A stretch of DNA of 64,000 nt. Origin: Thermoanaerobaculia bacterium. Its GTDB lineage: Bacteria > Acidobacteriota > Thermoanaerobaculia > Multivoradales > Multivoraceae. Every line of letters starts with the position of its first letter. Position 1 is the stretch's first letter. The DNA lies in the NCBI GenBank assembly GCA_963666565.1, contig OY762911.1:3488001-3552000 (forward strand), given 5' to 3'. The notes under the pieces were generated by a model, which made no database searches, had not been told where the DNA came from, and saw only the letters and a list, made by a program, of their open reading frames with translations. Shown here one piece after another: positions 28,177 through 38,173 of this stretch. A program made the translations under genes and the position numbers.

Positions 28177-29526
28177 TCAGAACGCTTCGAGGTCCCGCTT
28201 CCCGCTTACCTGCTTGGGCGGATTGTGGTACGTGCGATTCAAACCGCCGACCGTGTCCCTGACCGTGACCCAGTACTCCACATCGGACAGGGCGCCGTAG
28301 AACACCCAGTAGTGACCGTTCAGCACGCGGCCGTCGAGCACCTTGACGACAAGCTCCAGGTTCGCCGGGTCGAAGAACCAGAACAGGCCCGCATCGTCGG
28401 AGATCGCCACCGGGATGGCGCCGCCGCTTCCGAAGTTGCCGGCCACGTCGGGGTCGGTCCAGTGCACCTGGACTTCGAAGCGCTGCCTCAGGCAGAGAAA
28501 GCTGTCGCCGGCACGACATGGGCCGTTGTACCCGCCGGTCGTCGCACTTGCCTCCTCCGAGTACTCGACTCCCTGGCGCCCCTGCGCGCGCAGACGGAAC
28601 GTGTACGGCGTCTCCGAACGAAGTCCGTCGATGCGAACGCGTCCGGCGGTCGCGTTCGCCGTCGTCACCTGAGCCCAGCCCGCAGTCTGGCTGCGTGCCT
28701 CGACGCTCAGCAGCCCTCTTTCCGCGACGGTCCAGCTTCCACGCCAGAACACAATGACGCCCGAGTCCCCCACCGGCTCCGCGGCGACGCCGCCGGTGAA
28801 CCGCGGTTCCGGGTCGCCCGGATCGCCAGGATCGTCCGGGTCGCCAGGATCGTCCGGATCGTCGGATTCCAGCAGATCGAACGTCAACCTGGCGATCGGT
28901 GCGCGGCTGAACGGGCCCATTCCCCGGATGCTCTCGATCGTTCCGCGGGGCACGGTCGGCGGATTGTCGAGGGAGAAGCCGCTTCCCTCCTCGGTCCCCG
29001 CGTCGTAGGGGAACAGATCGACCTCGCGGCGCTCCAGCCACTTCCCCCGCTCGTCGAGCAGGGACAGCCCGGAGACGCCCACGAACCAGTCGGGACTCGG
29101 CGCGATCATCGTCACGAGCGTGACCAGCGGAAAGTCCCGAGCGGCCGCGAGCTCGATCGTCGTCCGAGCCGTGCCGCCTCTGCCCGGGTCCTGCTCGAAC
29201 ACGGACTGCACGTGCGGACTGCGGCCCATCGCCGCCGCCAGCCGGTCCTGAATCCCGAGTTCCGCGACTCGTTCAAGTTCGGGGCTGGCCATGCCGCCGG
29301 CGCGCCAGAAGCTCGCCCGGCTGCCGTGGACGGCGCCGATCAGGGGAGAGAAGTGCGCGCCGCCCGGCACTCCGCCCGGCGTGACGCTCCGGGTCCAGGC
29401 CCCCTCGAACGTCAACCGGTATCGGGCCGACCCCTCGCCGGCAGGGCGCGCGACCGCCGGAACAACGGCGAGGCCCAGGCACCCGAGAAGGAGACAGAAC
29501 CACGGCGAACGGCGCTCAGCAACCAT
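28177..29526 (-). CDS. Secreted Spondin_N + fibronectin type III protein with conserved C-terminal domain
   Basis: HFSPLIGAVH, MIAPSPDWFVG, YDAGTE (spondin); DGLRSETPYTFRLRA (FN3); FWFF..N.ELVVKVLDG..NG.YWVFYG tail. Confidence 0.8.
   Translation of the reverse strand: MVAERRSPWFCLLLGCLGLAVVPAVARPAGEGSARYRLTFEGAWTRSVTPGGVPGGAHFSPLIGAVHGSRASFWRAGGMASPELERVAELGIQDRLAAAMGRSPHVQSVFEQDPGRGGTARTTIELAAARDFPLVTLVTMIAPSPDWFVGVSGLSLLDERGKWLERREVDLFPYDAGTEEGSGFSLDNPPTVPRGTIESIRGMGPFSRAPIARLTFDLLESDDPDDPGDPDDPGDPGDPEPRFTGGVAAEPVGDSGVIVFWRGSWTVAERGLLSVEARSQTAGWAQVTTANATAGRVRIDGLRSETPYTFRLRAQGRQGVEYSEEASATTGGYNGPCRAGDSFLCLRQRFEVQVHWTDPDVAGNFGSGGAIPVAISDDAGLFWFFDPANLELVVKVLDGRVLNGHYWVFYGALSDVEYWVTVRDTVGGLNRTYHNPPKQVSGKRDLEAF
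28809..28866 (-). repeat. 9-bp coding tandem repeat (DDP/GDP linker)
   Basis: Encodes DDPDDPGDPDDPGDPGDP between the spondin and FN3 domains. Confidence 0.8.
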
Positions 29527-29672
29527 CGCCGTCACGCTAGCACCCACTTGCCAGTACGCAAGGCCTTCCGCGCGCCAAGGCCGGGACGACCATGCCGGCC
29601 GGCGGGTCGTCGATCCGGTCCGGGAGCCGGCGCGGAAGGGCTGGCGGCGTCCGGTAGAGTTATGCTTCGTCC

Positions 29673-30053
29673 ATGACCGGCATCGCCCGTCCCCTCGCCA
29701 GCAGCCGCACCGTCGGCAAGGCGGTCGCCCGGGGCACGCCGCTGGAACGAACGATCCGCGCCAAGCTCGAAGCCGCGACCGGCGCCGAAGCGATCGAGGT
29801 CCTGAACGAGAGCCGGATGCACAACGTCCCGCCCGAGGCCGAAACCCACTTCCGTATCGTCGTCGTCAGCAACCGGTTCGAGGGCGCGAACCGGCTGCAG
29901 CGACACCGGGTGATTCACCGAGCCCTGGCCGACGAACTGGCCGGACCGGTCCACGCCCTCGCCATCGATGCGCTGACGCCGGCCGAGTGGCGGGCTCGCG
30001 GCGAGAGCCGCGGCTTCTCGCCTGACTGCCGCGGCGGTTCCAAGTTCGACTAG
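29673..30053 (+). CDS. bolA: BolA family protein
   Basis: NESRMH, ETHFRIVVVS..F, RHR, HALAI. Confidence 0.88.
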   Translation: MTGIARPLASSRTVGKAVARGTPLERTIRAKLEAATGAEAIEVLNESRMHNVPPEAETHFRIVVVSNRFEGANRLQRHRVIHRALADELAGPVHALAIDALTPAEWRARGESRGFSPDCRGGSKFD

Positions 30054-30064
30054 AGCCCCCGCAA

Positions 30065-30721
30065 CTACGGCTGCGGCACCACCCGGATGTACGGCAGGGG
30101 CTGCTGCCAGCCCTGGGGGTACTTGGCCCGCGCCGCCTCGTCCGACACCGCCGGCAGGATGATCACGTCGTCGCCGTGCTCCCAGTTCGCCGGCGTCGCC
30201 ACCTGCTCCTTGGCGGTCAACTGGACGGAGTCGAGCAGCCGCAAGATCTCGGCGAAGTTCCGGCCCGTGCTCATCGGGTAGGTGAGGGTCGCCTTGATCC
30301 GCTTGTCCGGGCCGATCACGAAGACCGAGCGCGCGGTCGCGTTGTCCATCGGCGTCCGGCCCTCGGAGGAGTCGCCGGCGTCGGCAGGCAACATGTCGTA
30401 GTGCTTCACGATGTCGAGCGTCGGGTCGCCGATCAGCGGGTAGTTCAGAGCGTGACCCTGGGACGCCTCGATGTCCTTCGACCACGCCTGGTGGTCCGAC
30501 ACCCCGTCGACGCTGATGCCGATCACCTTGCAGTTGCGGCGGTCGAACTCGCCCTTGAGACCGGCCACTGTCCCCAGCTCGGTCGTGCAGACCGGCGTGA
30601 AGTCCTTGGGATGAGAGAACAGAACGCACCAACCATCGCCGATCCACTCGTGAAAGTCGATCTCTCCCTCCGTCGTCTGCGCGATGAAGTTGGGAGCTTC
30701 GTCGTTGATTCTGAGCGTCAT
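30065..30721 (-). CDS. 1-Cys peroxiredoxin (Prx6 type)
   Basis: FSHPKDFTPVCTTE, YPMSTGRNF, TPANW. Confidence 0.93.
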   Translation of the reverse strand: MTLRINDEAPNFIAQTTEGEIDFHEWIGDGWCVLFSHPKDFTPVCTTELGTVAGLKGEFDRRNCKVIGISVDGVSDHQAWSKDIEASQGHALNYPLIGDPTLDIVKHYDMLPADAGDSSEGRTPMDNATARSVFVIGPDKRIKATLTYPMSTGRNFAEILRLLDSVQLTAKEQVATPANWEHGDDVIILPAVSDEAARAKYPQGWQQPLPYIRVVPQP

Positions 30722-30864
30722 GATTCCTCCGGTCGATCGGGTTCTGTACGGAGCGCGTAGCGTGGAGCGCCGAGAAAGGTGATCATTCTAGTCACGTTTG
30801 GCGAGTGATTGCGTCGTGCCTCCGGACGCACACGCCCCACCAGGCCATCCAGGGCGACCGCGCC

Positions 30865-31308
30865 CTAACGCGTCTTCCGTTCGAGCTGCCGGCGCAGTTC
30901 GTCGAGTTCCGCGCGGTCGGGCCTCAGATTCGCCGCGCCGTGGATGTAGACGTGCTCGATCTCGGAAGCGGACAGCTTCGTGTTCCAGTGGAGCAGAATG
31001 CGCACGCAGCGATTCAGACCGCCGGGTACCGCCATCTCGTGGCCGCACAGCAGCGCCACGTCGCGCCAGCCCATCAGGCGCGCCGCCAGCGCCGGGTACT
31101 CCGCGGTCAGGTCGGGAGTGGTGGTGAAGACGGCACTCGCGACATCGTCTCGCTCGATCCCGTTCGCCTGGGCCATCCGCTCAAGGAGTTCGGCGGTCGC
31201 CGTGAGGATCTGCTCGCGGCTCGTGCCCTCGACCGTCGTCGCGCCGCGGACCCCCCGGCACGCCAGACGCCCGCGGCGCCAGATGCTCGACTGCGGTTTG
31301 CGAGGCAT
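30865..31308 (-). CDS. aroH: Chorismate mutase, AroH class
   Basis: [38 protein letters not shown]. Confidence 0.88.
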   Translation of the reverse strand: MPRKPQSSIWRRGRLACRGVRGATTVEGTSREQILTATAELLERMAQANGIERDDVASAVFTTTPDLTAEYPALAARLMGWRDVALLCGHEMAVPGGLNRCVRILLHWNTKLSASEIEHVYIHGAANLRPDRAELDELRRQLERKTR

Positions 31309-31354
31309 GAGAGCGGGTGAGCGGCTACCATCCGGGACGAAGGGAAGCGGCGAA

Positions 31355-33010
31355 CTGTACCAATCACACCGCCACCGTCTGCCGGCGCTTCGGCCCGAGA
31401 GTCCGCGCGGCTTCGCCGCCCGGACGCCCGCCTCACGCTGGACTCCCGCGTCTGGCGAGGCGTTTCGGCAAGAGACCTCGCGCGGCGCAGCCGCCTGCCT
31501 CGCGGCCGCGGCGGCGCTGCTTGCCGGCTGTGCGATCGAGCCGGCGCCGGACCGGGGGCCGGTCCCTGAACGGCCGAACGTCCTGCTCATCCTCGCCGAC
31601 GACCTCGGCTACGGCGACCTCGGCGCCTACAACCCGGAGTCGCGGATCCCGACCCCCAACCTCGACCGGCTCGCGGCCGAGGGCGCGCGACTGACGGACG
31701 CCCACAGCCCGTCGTCCGTCTGCACGCCGACCCGCTACGCGCTGCTCACCGGCCGCTACGCCTGGCGCTCCCGGCTCAAGCGCGGCGTGCTGAACGGACG
31801 CTCCACCGCCCTGCTGGCGCCCGAGCGCGTCACCCTGCCGGCGTTCCTGCGGACCCTGGGTTACGCCACCGCCGGCATCGGCAAGTGGCATCTCGGGCTC
31901 GGCGCCGACCCGGATCCGGACGACGACGCTCCCGGCGAGACGGACTACGGCGCGCCGCTCCGGCCGGGGCCGGTCACCGCCGGTTTCGAGCGCTACTTCG
32001 GCATCCCCGCGTCCCTCGACATGGCGCCATACCTCTACATCGAGGACGAGGGCGTAGTCGAGGCGGCGACCGAAACCGTCGAGGCCAGCGCGATGCGGCG
32101 CTTCGGCGGAGGCGGCTACTGGCGCGCCGGCGCCATCGCCCCCGGATTCGACTTCCACCAGGTGACGCCGACTCTCTTCGATCGGGCAAGCGGCTACCTG
32201 GCCCAGCGGGCGGTTGCCGCGGACGACCGTCCCTTCTTCCTCTACCTGCCGCTGCCCTCGCCCCATACGCCCTGGATGCCGCTGCCGGAGTTCGAGGGCG
32301 CGAGCGGCGCCGGCGTCTACGGCGACTTCGTCGCCCAGGTCGATGCCGGCGTCGGCCGCCTGCTCGGCGATCTCGACTCCCTGGGTCTCGCCTCGAACAC
32401 CCTGGTCCTGTTCACGAGCGACAACGGCGCGCACTGGCTCGAAGCCGACGTCGAGCAGACCGGACACCGGGCGAACGGCGCACTGCGCGGGCAGAAGGCC
32501 GACATCCACGAAGGCGGCCACCGCGTCCCCTTCCTGGCCCGCTGGCCGGGCCGCATTCCCGCCGGCGCGGTTCGCGGAGAACTGGCGGGCCTCGTCGACA
32601 TCTTCCGCACCATCGCCTCCGTCCTGGAGGCCGAGCTTCCCGAAGGCGCCGCCGAAGACAGCGTCGACCTCGGGCCGATGCTGCGCGGCGAGGACGAGCC
32701 GCCCCGCCGTTCGCTGATCCACCACAGTTCGCGCGGCATGTTCGCCATCCGCTCCCACCGGGCGGACGGCCCGGAGGCGCCCCGGAAGTGGAAGCTGATC
32801 GAGGGACTCGGCTCCGGGGGCTTCTCGGAACCGCGGCAGCTCGCCCCCGAACCGGGAGGCGCCGCGGGACAGCTCTACGAGCTCGTCGCCGATCCGGCCG
32901 AGACGGACGACCTCTACCTCGACCGGCCGGACATCGTCGAGCGGCTGACCGCCGAACTCGAGGCGATCCGGGGCGCCGACGCCGCGCCGCTTCTCCCGCC
33001 ACCTCCGTAG
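31355..33010 (+). CDS. Arylsulfatase (probable lipoprotein); start uncertain (ATG 31307 or CTG 31355)
   Basis: [26 protein letters not shown] (CxPxR), GKWHLG, SDNG; LLAGC lipobox. Confidence 0.88.
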   Translation: MYQSHRHRLPALRPESPRGFAARTPASRWTPASGEAFRQETSRGAAACLAAAAALLAGCAIEPAPDRGPVPERPNVLLILADDLGYGDLGAYNPESRIPTPNLDRLAAEGARLTDAHSPSSVCTPTRYALLTGRYAWRSRLKRGVLNGRSTALLAPERVTLPAFLRTLGYATAGIGKWHLGLGADPDPDDDAPGETDYGAPLRPGPVTAGFERYFGIPASLDMAPYLYIEDEGVVEAATETVEASAMRRFGGGGYWRAGAIAPGFDFHQVTPTLFDRASGYLAQRAVAADDRPFFLYLPLPSPHTPWMPLPEFEGASGAGVYGDFVAQVDAGVGRLLGDLDSLGLASNTLVLFTSDNGAHWLEADVEQTGHRANGALRGQKADIHEGGHRVPFLARWPGRIPAGAVRGELAGLVDIFRTIASVLEAELPEGAAEDSVDLGPMLRGEDEPPRRSLIHHSSRGMFAIRSHRADGPEAPRKWKLIEGLGSGGFSEPRQLAPEPGGAAGQLYELVADPAETDDLYLDRPDIVERLTAELEAIRGADAAPLLPPPP

Positions 33011-33070
33011 CCGCGGATCTCCCGGCCCGCGCAAGCGGCGCGGCGCGAAGCGGCGACCGTCCCTCGGCGA

Positions 33071-36007
33071 TCAGGGCGCCTCGTCCGCCCCCTCGTCGAG
33101 GAAGCGGATCAGGCTGGCCAGATCGCTCAGGGTCATCGTGTCGAGCAGGCCCTCCGGCATGATCGACAGCGCCGACGGTTCCTGGCCGCGGATGCGCGAG
33201 CGCTCCAGGTCGAGGCGGTCGCCGTTCGCGTCGATCAGCGTCAGTCGTGCGCCCGCGTCCTCGACCACCATCCCGCTGTGCAGGCTGCCGTCGTCGAGTT
33301 CGACATCGACCGCCCGGTACTGGTCCGAGATGACCCGCGACGGGTACACGATCGACTCCAGGACCTCGCGGCGGCGGAACCGCTTGACGACCGTCGAGAG
33401 ATCCGGGCCGCCGCCCCGGCCGATGTCCCCGAACACGTGGCAGGCCGAGCAGCGCGCGCGGTGGAACACCCGCTCGCCCTGCTCCGGGTTGTAGCGCTCG
33501 TAGGCCATCACGTCGTACTCCAGGTACTCCGCGAGCTCCTCGAAGCTCATCTGGGCGAGGTCGCTCCTGCCCGGACGGTCGCCCTCGACCTCGGTGACCA
33601 GGGCGGCGGCGCGGCGCGCCCGCTCCGCCCGCCGGCTCTCGAGCCGCTCCTCCGCGGCCGCTCGCTCGTCGTCGGGGAACCTCGCCAGGATCCCGGTCCA
33701 GATGGCGTCGATGTAGCCCTCCATGCTGGCGGCGCCCCGGAACTCGCGGGCGTCGTCGAACCAGGCCACGACCCGGGCGCGCAGTTCCGGCGTCCAGCCC
33801 CGGTCCATCGCCCGCAGGCAGTAGGCGGTGTGGATCCGCTCGGCCGGCGGCCGGTCCTCTTCCAGGCGGTCGACCATCCTGGCCAGCGCCCCGTCCGGCT
33901 GCAGGTAGGCGAGAAGCCGTTCGAGCTGCCTGTTCACCCGGTCGTCCGCGTGCGGATAGCGACCGAGCAGCGCCAGGCCTAGCCCGGCCCGCGCCTCGTC
34001 CCGCCCCGGAGCGTCCGGAACCGGGTCGCGAATGAAGGCGATCTCGGCCGTGCGCAGGAAGTCGAGTTCGGCCTCCACGTCGAGCTGGGCCTGCGCGACC
34101 CGGCCCAACGCCCCCACCAGGAAGTTGTACTCGATCTTGTGTTCCAGGCTGTAGACGATCGCCAGTACCGCCTCGAAGAAGCCGCGCGGGCGTTGCGCCG
34201 GGGAACTCATGACGGACTGGTCGAACCAGTAGCCGTGGGGGATGCGCTGAATCGCCTCCCGCGCCGCGTAGCGGAGGAACCGGTCCTCGTGGTCCAGCAG
34301 CGCGTGGAGCGCGTCGGACGTGGCGACTTCGATCCCGCGGGTGCGCGGATTCATGCCCGAGCGCACGAGCGACTCGGCCGCGCGCCGGGCGACCAGGGGG
34401 TCCGCGTCGGCGAGGGCGGCGCGCAGCGGTGCCTGGACCTCGGCGAAGGGGTAGGCGCCGAGCAGCGCGGCGGCGGCCGCCCGCACCAGCGGCGCGTCCG
34501 AGGCAAGGAGCGCCTCGTTCTCCTCCCGCGTCGGCCGGGGCCCGTGGACCTGGAGCAGTTCCAGCGCGCGGATGCGGTCGAGCGCGTCCCGGCCCGGATC
34601 GCGGACGACCGCCCACAGTTCCGGCGCCCAGTTCGCGCCCGCCTCGTCGCGAGCGAGCCGGATGGCCTCCCTGCCCCATCCCGAGCGCGGCATCGGCTGC
34701 CGCACCGCGGCTTCCGTGCCGGCGCGGGCGGCCGCCTCTCCCGGCTGCTCGAACGTCACCCGGTAGAGGCCGCCCGAGGTGCCGCGGCCACCGGTCGCGA
34801 AGTAGAGGAAGCCGTCGGGTCCGACGTCGAGGTCCGTCACGTTCAGCGGTTCGCCGAGGACGAAGTCGTGGGCCTCGCCGGTCCAGGTGGCGCCGGCCCG
34901 TTCGGGGAACAGGACCCGGATCCGCCCCCGCGACCAGTCGCCCATGAAGTAGGCGCCCCGGTACCTGTCCGGGTAGGCGTCGTGGTGGTAGAAGGCCACG
35001 CCAACCGGCGATCCGCGGCCCAGGTCGACGACGCCGGGCAGGGTGTCGATTTCGTGGAAGGCGAACTTGCCGGACCCGGTCCGCCAGCCGTAGTCGCCTG
35101 CGGGAATCAGGTGGACGACCCGGGTGGGCCGGAACCAGGGCAACCCGCGGTCCCACTCCATGTCCGCCTCGTAGGCGAAGATCTCGCCCGCCGCGCCGAT
35201 CGCCAGGTCGAACGGGTTGCGCAGGCCGCCCGCGAGCCGCTCCCAGGCGTTCGTTTCCGGATCCACGCGGTAGATCGTGCCGCCCGGCGCGCGCAGGCTG
35301 TTGGCGTGGCCCCGCGGGTCGAGGATCGGCGGCAGGAGCTGGTCTTCCTGCAGCTCGCGCAGCGGCGACGTCGGTTCGAGTCCTGCCTCGGGCGACGAGT
35401 AGTTGCCGTACAGCACGTAGAGCGCGCCGTCCGGGCCGCGGGCGATCGTGTGCGGCCCATGCTCCTGGATCCGGCCGTTCGCGGACGCGACCCGGTCGAC
35501 GGCGTCGACCAGCTCGTCGCCGTCCGTGTCGCGCAGCCGGTAGAGCCCGGTGTCCTCGACCGCGCCGTTGCGCCCGGCTGTGCCCTCGACTCCGGCGGCC
35601 TCGGCCAGCCGGCCGCGGCCGGTCGCGTGGACCAGCAGGTCGCCGGGCCCCATGACGTACAGGCCGTGCGCCGTATCGACCTGGGGCGCGAAGTCGATCC
35701 GCCGGTCGTACAGGCCGTCGCCGTCGGCGTCCTCGAGCAGCGCCAGCCCTTCGCCTTCGAGCGCCAGCAGCGGCCTGCCCGCCGCGTCGAAGGTCATGTT
35801 GACGACCGAGCCGAACAGCCCCGGCGCCGCGGCCGACTCGACCTGGAAGCCGTCCGCGGTGCGGAAACGCTCCCCTGCGTAGTCGAGCCGCTCGCGACGC
35901 GACGCGTCGTGGTCGGGCATCAACTCCTGGGCGCCGGCGCCGGCGGCCAGCGCGAGGGCAACGGCAAGAGTCGGACCGAGAGTCCGAAGGGCGGCGTCGT
36001 TCGTCAC
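33071..36007 (-). CDS. PVC-type putative membrane-bound dehydrogenase with HEAT repeats and C-terminal cytochrome c
   Basis: Signal peptide, EHGPH, GLRNPFD, HEAT repeats, CSACH, GPDLS, SIMPEGL. Confidence 0.85.
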   Translation of the reverse strand: MTNDAALRTLGPTLAVALALAAGAGAQELMPDHDASRRERLDYAGERFRTADGFQVESAAAPGLFGSVVNMTFDAAGRPLLALEGEGLALLEDADGDGLYDRRIDFAPQVDTAHGLYVMGPGDLLVHATGRGRLAEAAGVEGTAGRNGAVEDTGLYRLRDTDGDELVDAVDRVASANGRIQEHGPHTIARGPDGALYVLYGNYSSPEAGLEPTSPLRELQEDQLLPPILDPRGHANSLRAPGGTIYRVDPETNAWERLAGGLRNPFDLAIGAAGEIFAYEADMEWDRGLPWFRPTRVVHLIPAGDYGWRTGSGKFAFHEIDTLPGVVDLGRGSPVGVAFYHHDAYPDRYRGAYFMGDWSRGRIRVLFPERAGATWTGEAHDFVLGEPLNVTDLDVGPDGFLYFATGGRGTSGGLYRVTFEQPGEAAARAGTEAAVRQPMPRSGWGREAIRLARDEAGANWAPELWAVVRDPGRDALDRIRALELLQVHGPRPTREENEALLASDAPLVRAAAAALLGAYPFAEVQAPLRAALADADPLVARRAAESLVRSGMNPRTRGIEVATSDALHALLDHEDRFLRYAAREAIQRIPHGYWFDQSVMSSPAQRPRGFFEAVLAIVYSLEHKIEYNFLVGALGRVAQAQLDVEAELDFLRTAEIAFIRDPVPDAPGRDEARAGLGLALLGRYPHADDRVNRQLERLLAYLQPDGALARMVDRLEEDRPPAERIHTAYCLRAMDRGWTPELRARVVAWFDDAREFRGAASMEGYIDAIWTGILARFPDDERAAAEERLESRRAERARRAAALVTEVEGDRPGRSDLAQMSFEELAEYLEYDVMAYERYNPEQGERVFHRARCSACHVFGDIGRGGGPDLSTVVKRFRRREVLESIVYPSRVISDQYRAVDVELDDGSLHSGMVVEDAGARLTLIDANGDRLDLERSRIRGQEPSALSIMPEGLLDTMTLSDLASLIRFLDEGADEAP

Positions 36008-36043
36008 GGCAATCCTCGCGGTCGGCGATCCTACTAGGCGCGC

Positions 36044-36093
36044 GGGTGGACGGGCCTGCCGGCCCGCCTGTCGGTGCGCGGGTCTGTGACCCG
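36044..36093. repeat. Two degenerate copies of the 26-bp REP unit
   Basis: gggtggacgggcctgccggcccgcct and ggtgcgcgggtctgtgacccg. Confidence 0.55.
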
Positions 36094-36150
36094 ATGCCCG
36101 CACGCGGCGTCTTGTCTTCCGGCGCTTCTCCTCCGTAGGATGGTCCTGCC

Positions 36151-37392
36151 GTGCCTCAGCCCCCCTGCACGATCGCCGTCCTGGCCACCCTCGACACGAA
36201 GGGCTGCGAGGCCTCGTACCTCGTGGACCGCATCGTCCGCGACCGCGGCTGCCGGGCGTTCGTCATCGACCTCGGCATTCTCGGCGAGCCGGCGCTCGCC
36301 GGAAGCTGGTCGCCCGACGCGAGCCGGCGGGAGGTCGCCTGTGCCGGCGGCGAGACGATCGAGCAACTGGCGCTCGCGGCCGACCGCGCGCGGGCCATCG
36401 CCGCGATGTCCGCGGGCGCCGAGGAAGTCGTGCGCCGCAGCTACGCGCGGGGCAGCTTCGACGCCATCGTCGGCCTGGGCGGCCGCGCCGGCACCGCGAT
36501 GGCGACCACCGCGATGCGCGCGCTGCCGCTGGGCGTGCCCAAGGTCATGGTCTCCACGATGGCCGGCGGCGACGCCTCCGGCTACGTCGGCTTCAAGGAC
36601 ATCGTCATGGTGCCCTCGATCGTCGACATCGACGGCATCAACCGGATCAGCCGCCAGGTCCTGAGCAGTACCGCGGCCGCCGTCTGCGCGATGGCCAGCG
36701 TCGAAGTCGCCGCCGGACACGACCGGCCCCTGATCGCCGCGTCCACGTTCGGCTGCTGCACCATGCCCTGCGTCCACGCCTGCCGCCGGCGCCTGGAGAC
36801 GGAGGGACTCGAAGTGCTCGTCTTCAAGGCCACCGGCGCCGGCGGCCGAACGATGGAGAGCCTGGTCGAAGCGGGATTCGTGGGCGGCGTCCTCGACCTG
36901 ACGACCAAGGAGTGTGCCGACGAACTCGTCGGCGGCGTGCTCACCGCCGGACCCTCGCGCCTGGAGGCCGCCGCCCGGAGCGGCACACCAGCGATCGTCG
37001 TCCCCGGCGGCCTGGACACCGTGAACTTCTTCGCCCCGGACACCGTGCCGTCCGAGTTCGAGGGCCGCACCTTCCACCGCCAGAACGACAACATGACCCT
37101 CATGCGGACAACGGCCGGCGAGTGCGGAGAACTCGGCCGCATCCTGGCGTCCAAGCTGAACGCATCCACCGGTCCGGTGGAGGTCTACCTGCCGCTGGGC
37201 GGCGTCTCGGCCCTGTCCGCGCCCGGCGGGCCGTTCCACGATCCGGTCGCCGACGACGCCCTCTTCTCCGCCCTGCACGAGAACCTGCGGAGAGCCGTGC
37301 CGGTCACCGAGGTCGACGCCAACGTCAACGACCCGCGCTTCGCCCACGCCGTCAGCGACGCCATGCTGCGGCTCGTGCGGGACGCGAACTGA
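36151..37392 (+). CDS. Tm-1-like ATP-binding domain protein (UPF0261)
   Basis: ATLDTKG.E, LPLGVPKVMVST, SIVDIDGIN, GGRTME, LMRTT. Confidence 0.88.
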   Translation: MPQPPCTIAVLATLDTKGCEASYLVDRIVRDRGCRAFVIDLGILGEPALAGSWSPDASRREVACAGGETIEQLALAADRARAIAAMSAGAEEVVRRSYARGSFDAIVGLGGRAGTAMATTAMRALPLGVPKVMVSTMAGGDASGYVGFKDIVMVPSIVDIDGINRISRQVLSSTAAAVCAMASVEVAAGHDRPLIAASTFGCCTMPCVHACRRRLETEGLEVLVFKATGAGGRTMESLVEAGFVGGVLDLTTKECADELVGGVLTAGPSRLEAAARSGTPAIVVPGGLDTVNFFAPDTVPSEFEGRTFHRQNDNMTLMRTTAGECGELGRILASKLNASTGPVEVYLPLGGVSALSAPGGPFHDPVADDALFSALHENLRRAVPVTEVDANVNDPRFAHAVSDAMLRLVRDAN

Positions 37393-37398
37393 CGGGCC

Positions 37399-38091
37399 TC
37401 ATCCGCGAACGAGAACGCGCTTCCCCAGCGGCTGCACCGGCCGGTAGTTGTTCGGGAAGATCGCCGCGAAGGCATCGATCTGGCCGGCCGAGAGCGACAT
37501 CGACTCGGTGAAGATCGCCCAGGCGACGCCTTCCGTGCAGGGCGGCGTCGTCAGCGAGCCGCGGTAGCGCCAGGTGGTCCGGCGGGCCGGGAGCAGCGCG
37601 GGAAGGTCGAGGCGGCCGGCCAGCGCGCGCGGCGGTCCCGGCTCGACCGGCAAACGCTCCCATGCCGGCGCCAGGGCCTCGCTCGCCTCCCCCGCCTCCA
37701 TCAGAGCGCCGACCACCGCGAGCGCGCCGCTTGCGGCCTCGTGCACCAGGTGCAGTTCCAGCGGCGACGGGACGCCGTCGACCGTGTGCTCGCTGCGATG
37801 GTGAAAGTGGAATTGCCGCAGCTCGTACCGGACGCCGGCCAGCGCGATCCCGCTGCCGGGCGCCGGATTGACCTGGATCGTGTGCCCGGTGTTCTCGATC
37901 GTCGCGGCGGCCCGCCGATAGTCGAACTCGATCGGCGGAAGCTCGGCGTCACGCGCGTCCGCGAGGTCGATGGGGGACTGCTCCGTTCCCAGGGAGCAGA
38001 CGGCGTAGGCCGGGTCCAGCTCGCCCCACCGCGCCGGACCGTTGTGCTTCTCGTATCCCCACCGGACGGCGGCGCCGGACTGCCTGCACAT
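37399..38091 (-). CDS. Alpha-class carbonic anhydrase
   Basis: EQSPIDL, QFHFH, SEH, ELHLVH, GSLTTPPCTEGV, NYRPVQ. Confidence 0.92.
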   Translation of the reverse strand: MCRQSGAAVRWGYEKHNGPARWGELDPAYAVCSLGTEQSPIDLADARDAELPPIEFDYRRAAATIENTGHTIQVNPAPGSGIALAGVRYELRQFHFHHRSEHTVDGVPSPLELHLVHEAASGALAVVGALMEAGEASEALAPAWERLPVEPGPPRALAGRLDLPALLPARRTTWRYRGSLTTPPCTEGVAWAIFTESMSLSAGQIDAFAAIFPNNYRPVQPLGKRVLVRG

Positions 38092-38173
38092 CGGCGGAAC
38101 GATACACCGCCCCGGCGAATCCGGCGTTCCCGCGGTTCCGCGCCAAGCGCGGGCCGACGCGGCCCCCGTTCGG

